Positions 54,427 through 58,881 of a DNA stretch of 58,881 bases are shown here, piece after piece. Every line of letters begins with the position of its first letter. Positions within the stretch are counted from its first letter, which is position 1. The notes beneath the pieces were generated by a model. It ran no database searches. It was given only the letters and a program-made list of their open reading frames with translations, and was not told the origin of the DNA. The stretch is from Candidatus Omnitrophota bacterium (lineage in GTDB: Bacteria > Omnitrophota > Gorgyraeia > Tantalellales > Tantalellaceae). The stretch covers positions 1-58,881 of the forward strand of contig JAHJBY010000104.1 of the NCBI GenBank assembly GCA_018813285.1. Direction: 5' to 3'. Made by a program: the position numbers and the translations under genes.

Positions 54427-55260
54427 TCACCGCATTATGATGTCAAGCACCCTTTGCAGGTCCTCATTGGAATAGTACTGAATTTCTATCCGGCCTCTTT
54501 TCCCGCCATGCCTGATCGTTACCTTTGTCCCAAGGTGGTGCTGAAGATCTTCTTCTACCTTCTGCACTTCCGGGTCTTTTTGCGGGTGTTCCCTGGTTTT
54601 TGAGCCCTTCGTTTTGATCATCTGCTCAAGCTGTCTCACTGAAAGCCCATGTCGCACGATTGTTTGCGCCGTTTTGCTTCTGCGGTACTCATTTGGGATC
54701 GACAGAAGCACCTTAGCGTGCCCCACGCTGATCACACCCTCTTCGATGTGCCCCTGTATTTCCGCGGAGAGGTTTAGCAAGCGCATGCTGTTCGAAATAG
54801 TGGTCTTGTCTTTCCCTACTTCTTGCCCGATCTTCTCCAGCGTGTACCCAAACTGATCAATAAGCTCTCTGTACGCATCGGCTTCTTCGATCGGATTAAA
54901 ATCTTCTCTCTGAATGTTTTCGATCATGGACATTTCCAGACTAGAGACGTCATCCACCCCTTTTTTGATGATCACGGGGATATCTTCCAGCTGAAGCTCC
55001 CGCGCAGCCCGCCATCTTCTCTCTCCGGCAATAAGCTCATATCCCTCTCCCCTCTGTCTGACAAGAATTGGCTGGATCACGCCTTTCTCCCGGATGGAGC
55101 TCATTAATTCTTCCATTTTGTTTTCAGCGAATCTCTTTCTTGGTTGAAATCGATTCGGTACGATCTCCGACAAACGCACGTGCTCTATCTTTTCTATGGC
55201 CTTACCCATAGGGGTTTCCGGGATAAGCGCGCCTAGTCCTTTACCCAATCTTTTTTCCAT
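54427..55260 (-). CDS. parB: chromosome partitioning protein ParB/Spo0J
   Basis: 277 aa with the ParB box GVIQPILVR, GERRWRAA and an HTH region. Confidence 0.9.
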   Translation of the reverse strand: MEKRLGKGLGALIPETPMGKAIEKIEHVRLSEIVPNRFQPRKRFAENKMEELMSSIREKGVIQPILVRQRGEGYELIAGERRWRAARELQLEDIPVIIKKGVDDVSSLEMSMIENIQREDFNPIEEADAYRELIDQFGYTLEKIGQEVGKDKTTISNSMRLLNLSAEIQGHIEEGVISVGHAKVLLSIPNEYRRSKTAQTIVRHGLSVRQLEQMIKTKGSKTREHPQKDPEVQKVEEDLQHHLGTKVTIRHGGKRGRIEIQYYSNEDLQRVLDIIMR

Positions 55261-56095
55261 AATCCTCCTCTATCCCGCCATTAACTTCTTTGCTTGCAAC
55301 AAGTTCCGCTTTTTCAGTTTCTTCGTTTTTGTTCTTTAATGGAATATTCAGTATTTCACAGGTTAATTGTTCGTATTTTGTCGCTCCCAGGGATTGCCCG
55401 TCATACAAGGCAATGGGTTTGCCGAATCCCGGAGCTTCTGTAAGTTTTACTGTCCGTGGAATAATTGTTTCGTAGACTTTATCTCCAAAATGTCTCTTGA
55501 CCTCGTTTATCACTTCTTTTGTTAAATTCGTTCGAAAATCCGCCATAGTCATTAAAACGCCTTCTATCCGCAATTTACTGTTGAGATTTTCCTGTATCAG
55601 CCTGACCGTATTCATCAGTTGGCCAAGCCCTTCGAGCGCGTAGTATTCGCATTGGATAGGAATTATCAGAGAATCCACCATGGTAAGCCCGTTGATCGTC
55701 AATAACCCGAGCGATGGCGGGCAATCCACAATGAGATAGTCAAACTCTCTTTCCATTTCGGAGACCGCTTTTCGCAGGCGATACTCCCTGCCCATCACAT
55801 TAACAAGCTCGACTTCGGCTCCGGTCAAATTGATCGTTGATGGGACTATAAATAATCGTTCCAACTGTGTTTTTATTATTGCCTGATCCAGGCGAATGTG
55901 CTCATGAAGAACGTCGTAGATGCTGTGTTCGATATCGGCCTTGTCTACACCTAATCCGCTTGTGGTGTTTGCCTGAGGATCCAGATCAATGATAAGCGTG
56001 TGCTTGCCCTTGAGGGATAGATAGGTCGCGATGTTCACGGCGGACGTCGTTTTGGCAACGCCGCCTTTTTGATTACATATCGCTATTTTTTTCAT
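55241..56095 (-). CDS. parA: chromosome partitioning ATPase ParA/Soj
   Basis: Deviant Walker A NQKGGVAKTT. The start is trimmed to ATG 56095 (MKKIAICNQKGG), since the 39-aa N-terminal extension in the track is implausible. Confidence 0.9.
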   Translation of the reverse strand: MKKIAICNQKGGVAKTTSAVNIATYLSLKGKHTLIIDLDPQANTTSGLGVDKADIEHSIYDVLHEHIRLDQAIIKTQLERLFIVPSTINLTGAEVELVNVMGREYRLRKAVSEMEREFDYLIVDCPPSLGLLTINGLTMVDSLIIPIQCEYYALEGLGQLMNTVRLIQENLNSKLRIEGVLMTMADFRTNLTKEVINEVKRHFGDKVYETIIPRTVKLTEAPGFGKPIALYDGQSLGATKYEQLTCEILNIPLKNKNEETEKAELVASKEVNGGIEEDYGKKIG

Positions 56096-56176
56096 ACCGT
56101 AGCAAGAATACCACAGGGGATAGAAATAGTCAAGGGGTTTCGTGAATCGAGCGTCGTGATGGGTGGGGCTCCATGC

Positions 56177-56192
56177 GTTTCCACGTGGAAAC
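56177..56192. other. parS-like perfect 16-bp palindrome upstream of parA
   Basis: GTTTCCACGTGGAAAC. The inner 12 bp TTCCACGTGGAA equal a symmetrised left half of the Bacillus-type parS TGTTCCACGTGAAACA. Confidence 0.45.
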
Positions 56193-56220
56193 AAGTGGGA
56201 GGGAAAGACCAAAAGAACGT

Positions 56221-56433
56221 TTATTTGCCGGGTTTTTTCACGGTAACTCTTATCTTTGCTCGCACAGCGCCTTCCATGCCAAAAAGCCCCCTTTTTTCTT
56301 CCTTCAGGATCTTTACCTTGATATCATCCCGGGAGACTTTGAGGGCATTCATAGCCTTTTGTATGGCGCCTTCTACTGTCCTGTCTTCGATTTCTATGGT
56401 TGTCAGTTGTTCTTTTTTGTTCATAAAGCGCAC
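56221..56433 (-). CDS. Jag/KhpB N-terminal-domain-only protein
   Basis: 70 aa. The stretch TVEGAIQKAMNALKVSRDDIKVKILKEEKRGLFGMEGAVRAKIRV resembles the Jag_N domain, no KH/R3H part follows, and the position after yidC is conserved. Confidence 0.55.
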   Translation of the reverse strand: MRFMNKKEQLTTIEIEDRTVEGAIQKAMNALKVSRDDIKVKILKEEKRGLFGMEGAVRAKIRVTVKKPGK

Positions 56434-56443
56434 CCCCGAGCCA

Positions 56444-58060
56444 CTAATCCATTGTTCTCTTTAGAAACAATTGTTCGCTCGTCATCAATATTGTGTTAGT
56501 CAGCCAGTATAGCACCAAACCCGAAGGCATATTGTAAAACAAAAACCCAAAAAATACCGGCATCATAAGTAGCATCATTTTTTGTTGTCCGGCCTGTTCC
56601 GGGGTCATAGAAGCCGCGGCAACCCCCTGTATTTTCTGTTGCGCGAACATCATAACAACCATCAACAAGGGCAGGATGTTAATGTGAGATCCCAGCATGG
56701 GAAGTGTAAAAGGGATATGTACCGCGTCCGGCCTTGACAGGTCTTTGACCCATAAAAAATGAGCGCCTTTAAGCTCTACGGCCTTAATAAGGCCTTGATA
56801 AAGGGCTATAAATATTGGTATTTGCAACAACATCGGCAAACAACCCCCAAAAGGGTTGACATTGTATTTCTTATACAGCTCCATCATTTCTTTGTTTAAC
56901 TTCTGAGGGTTGTCCTTGTGTAGTTCCTTAAGCTTCTGCATATGAGGCTGAATGTTTTTCATCCGATGCATTGATACAAAGCTTTTTTTTGTGAGAGGGA
57001 ACGACACCAGATTTACAAGAATCGTCAAAAGAATGATCGCCGCGCCCCAATTCTTGACTCCGCTATGAAGCACCCTCAGAACAACCAATAGCACCTTACT
57101 TATACCGCCGAACCACCCATAATCAATGGTCTCTTCGAAGTTGTAACCTAATGCCATTAATTGCTTTTCGTCCATGGGGCCGGCGTACAGCAAATACTCG
57201 TCTTTTTGGATCGTCCCGGGAGCCAAAATGTACATTTTTGAGTTCATCGCGGTAATGAATCCTTCCTTGCTGTCCCCCTGGATCTCGGCCGACACCGGGT
57301 CGCTGAACGGCTTAAGTATAACTGCAAAATAGCGATTTTTTATCGCCACCCAGGAGATGTTCCCATTTTCGGTCCAAGCTCCTTTTACCGACTTTTTCTT
57401 TACCACGCCGGAAGCGGTTTTGATGTCCGCCTCCAGAAAACTTCTTCCTTTCACGCCTCCAGAGTCCGTCACGCCTGACGGCCCAATGAGTGCGTAGGAA
57501 ACGTTTTTATCCATCGTCGAAATGTTTTCTATGTTGATCTCAAGCCCTATGTGATCTGCGCCGTTCTGAAAGACGTATTTCTTTGAAACCCTCATGTTTC
57601 CAGGACTTTCGTATGTGAATTCCAGAAAACCTGTCTCCTTGCGGACTTGAAATCTTTTCCCGGATAATCCGGCAACAGCCGGACTCTTCATCGCGAATAA
57701 ACGTTTTTCTATGGGTTGTTCCTTTATCAAAACCTCTTCGATGTTATCTAGTTCTTTGTTCTCAAACTTTTTCAGCCGCCATTTTTTTACAGATCCCCCT
57801 ATATCTGAAAACAGGATCTCATATTGTTCTGTCTCGATCGTGATCTCGTTTTCTTGAATATTTTTCACATCGTTTGTACCACCTGCGGAGAGTTCTCCCA
57901 GTCCGGACATTCCGAGGGCTTGATTGTCGCTAACATCTTTTGCCTGTTGGTCTTCTATCGCGTACTCACCGATCGGATTGGGGGGTTTTTTGTTCATCTG
58001 CTGGAAAGCAAACAACACAACGAGAGACAACACAAGGGCTATGAGCATCTTTTTTTCCAT
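56444..58060 (-). CDS. yidC: membrane protein insertase YidC
   Basis: 538 aa with an N-terminal TM, a large periplasmic domain and a C-terminal 5-TM Oxa1 core (NPFGGCLPMLLQIPIFIALY). Confidence 0.9.
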   Translation of the reverse strand: MEKKMLIALVLSLVVLFAFQQMNKKPPNPIGEYAIEDQQAKDVSDNQALGMSGLGELSAGGTNDVKNIQENEITIETEQYEILFSDIGGSVKKWRLKKFENKELDNIEEVLIKEQPIEKRLFAMKSPAVAGLSGKRFQVRKETGFLEFTYESPGNMRVSKKYVFQNGADHIGLEINIENISTMDKNVSYALIGPSGVTDSGGVKGRSFLEADIKTASGVVKKKSVKGAWTENGNISWVAIKNRYFAVILKPFSDPVSAEIQGDSKEGFITAMNSKMYILAPGTIQKDEYLLYAGPMDEKQLMALGYNFEETIDYGWFGGISKVLLVVLRVLHSGVKNWGAAIILLTILVNLVSFPLTKKSFVSMHRMKNIQPHMQKLKELHKDNPQKLNKEMMELYKKYNVNPFGGCLPMLLQIPIFIALYQGLIKAVELKGAHFLWVKDLSRPDAVHIPFTLPMLGSHINILPLLMVVMMFAQQKIQGVAAASMTPEQAGQQKMMLLMMPVFFGFLFYNMPSGLVLYWLTNTILMTSEQLFLKRTMD

Positions 58061-58064
58061 TTCT

Positions 58065-58304
58065 TCAATATCCTTTGTTTTTCACTTTTTCGTAATGTTC
58101 AACCGGGTCGTATCCGCCTCGAGAAAAAGGGTTGCACCTCAATATCCGCCAAAGGGCTTTTGCCGTTCCTTTTATGATCCCTAGTTTTTCGATCGCATCG
58201 GCCGCGTATTGAGAGCATGTGGGTTCATATCTGCAACTTCTTCCTATATAAGGGCTTATGAGCTTTTGGTACGCCTTTATCGCCTTCCTGATTATTTGTT
58301 TCAT
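58065..58304 (-). CDS. yidD: membrane protein insertion efficiency factor YidD
   Basis: 79 aa with YQKLISPYIGRSCRYEPTCSQYA and RCNPFSRGGYDPV motifs. Confidence 0.9.
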   Translation of the reverse strand: MKQIIRKAIKAYQKLISPYIGRSCRYEPTCSQYAADAIEKLGIIKGTAKALWRILRCNPFSRGGYDPVEHYEKVKNKGY

Positions 58305-58651
58305 TGCATTACCCCGGCCTTGCGCGCCATCTTCTGTACTTCTTCTCTTATCCCCTTTGACAGCGTCCTTTTCTTGACATCTCGAATGTCGCGTCTTAGC
58401 CTTACAATGTTTTTTGTCCCGCCTGTCAGCATCTGCTTGTTATCGATGAAAAAGCCGTATATAACCCTCCTGATATAGTTCCGTTGGGTGGCTTTTGGGG
58501 CGAGTTTTTTTGTGATGATAGTTCCGATATAAACTTTGTCCCGGTCTCCTGCCTCCCTCGAATGCAGGGCGACTGTTCTCTCCTGCCATTTTCTCCCGCC
58601 GGACAGGATCTCCCGGAACTCTGCTGTTTTTCTTATATGCGCTATCTTCAC
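58301..58651 (-). CDS. rnpA: RNase P protein component
   Basis: 116-aa basic protein in the conserved position between rpmH and yidD. It has a GTG start overlapping the rpmH stop. Confidence 0.8.
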   Translation of the reverse strand: MKIAHIRKTAEFREILSGGRKWQERTVALHSREAGDRDKVYIGTIITKKLAPKATQRNYIRRVIYGFFIDNKQMLTGGTKNIVRLRRDIRDVKKRTLSKGIREEVQKMARKAGVMQ

Positions 58652-58785
58652 GCGGAAAGGACTTCGCGTCCCTTGTTGCGCCTTCTCCGTAAAACAGCCT
58701 TTCCGGAACTGGAGCTGCTTCTTTCGCGAAATCCGTGTTTTCTTTTTCTTTTAAGATTCGATTTATTTTTAAGGTTCTTTTTCAC
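58648..58785 (-). CDS. rpmH: 50S ribosomal protein L34
   Basis: Below the ORF-track cutoff. My translation from GTG 58785 is (M)KKNLKNKSNLKRKRKHGFRERSSSSSGKAVLRRRRNKGREVLSA, preceded by a GGAG RBS. Confidence 0.8.
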   Translation of the reverse strand: MKKNLKNKSNLKRKRKHGFRERSSSSSGKAVLRRRRNKGREVLSA

Positions 58786-58881
58786 AAAAAGTTCTCCTTT
58801 TTCTTTTCTCGCCCATTTTCAGGACAGAGAACTAATAATTATATCACAGGCCTTCCCTTAGTCAAGGCCTTTTTTAGTCCA

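Noticed and set aside
55241-56212. N-terminal extensions given by the longest-ORF rule for parA (39 aa), pyrE (51 aa), pyrC (32 aa), typA (11 aa), csp (19 aa), mscS (36 aa) and the 4387..4998 membrane protein (35 aa).
   Set aside because: In each case an internal ATG with an RBS restores the family-typical N-terminus and removes overlap with the upstream gene.

Overview
Almost all genes lie on the minus strand. The gene order rpmH-rnpA-yidD-yidC-jag ... parA-parB at the right end marks the window as origin-proximal, probably from an uncultivated bacterium. A PVC/Omnitrophota-like source is a weak guess, based on the DUF2764-type V-ATPase operon and GC-rich REP-like intergenic hairpins.

Housekeeping content, left to right:
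- hflK/hflC
- PC4-like / RmuC / DnaQ-WYL DNA-repair module
- MscS and CorA
- THUMP RNA methyltransferase
- FabK-like oxidoreductase
- DEAD-box helicase
- TypA/BipA
- two Csp paralogs
- RND pump plus TolC
- LOG-family protein
- YbiT-like ABC-F
- tRNA-Val
- seven-gene V-type ATPase operon (E-DUF2764-A-B-D-I-K)
- complete pyrR-B-C-K-D-F-E operon with a PyrR-type leader

Most unusual content:
1. An orphan 1,523-aa AT-rich ORF (49222..53793). It carries only a HisKA_2-like H-box plus a GHKL ATPase module near its C-terminal third, and it contains an in-frame 33-nt near-identical internal repeat.
2. A 633-nt structured non-coding gap upstream of that ORF, containing a 200-nt imperfect palindrome.
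3. A four-gene decarboxylase / ATP-grasp / GNAT / pyruvoyl-decarboxylase cluster (16965..20913).
4. An AT-rich islet next to tRNA-Val holding an ATP-grasp plus saccharopine-dehydrogenase-like pair, beside transposase and Fic gene remnants.
5. A shared terminator-like hairpin in the leaders of a csp gene and typA.
6. A MITE-like insertion with an 11-bp direct repeat and REP-like hairpins sitting inside conserved operons.

No CRISPR array, rRNA or intact transposase was seen. All coordinates and alignments were derived by eye and may be off by a few nucleotides.
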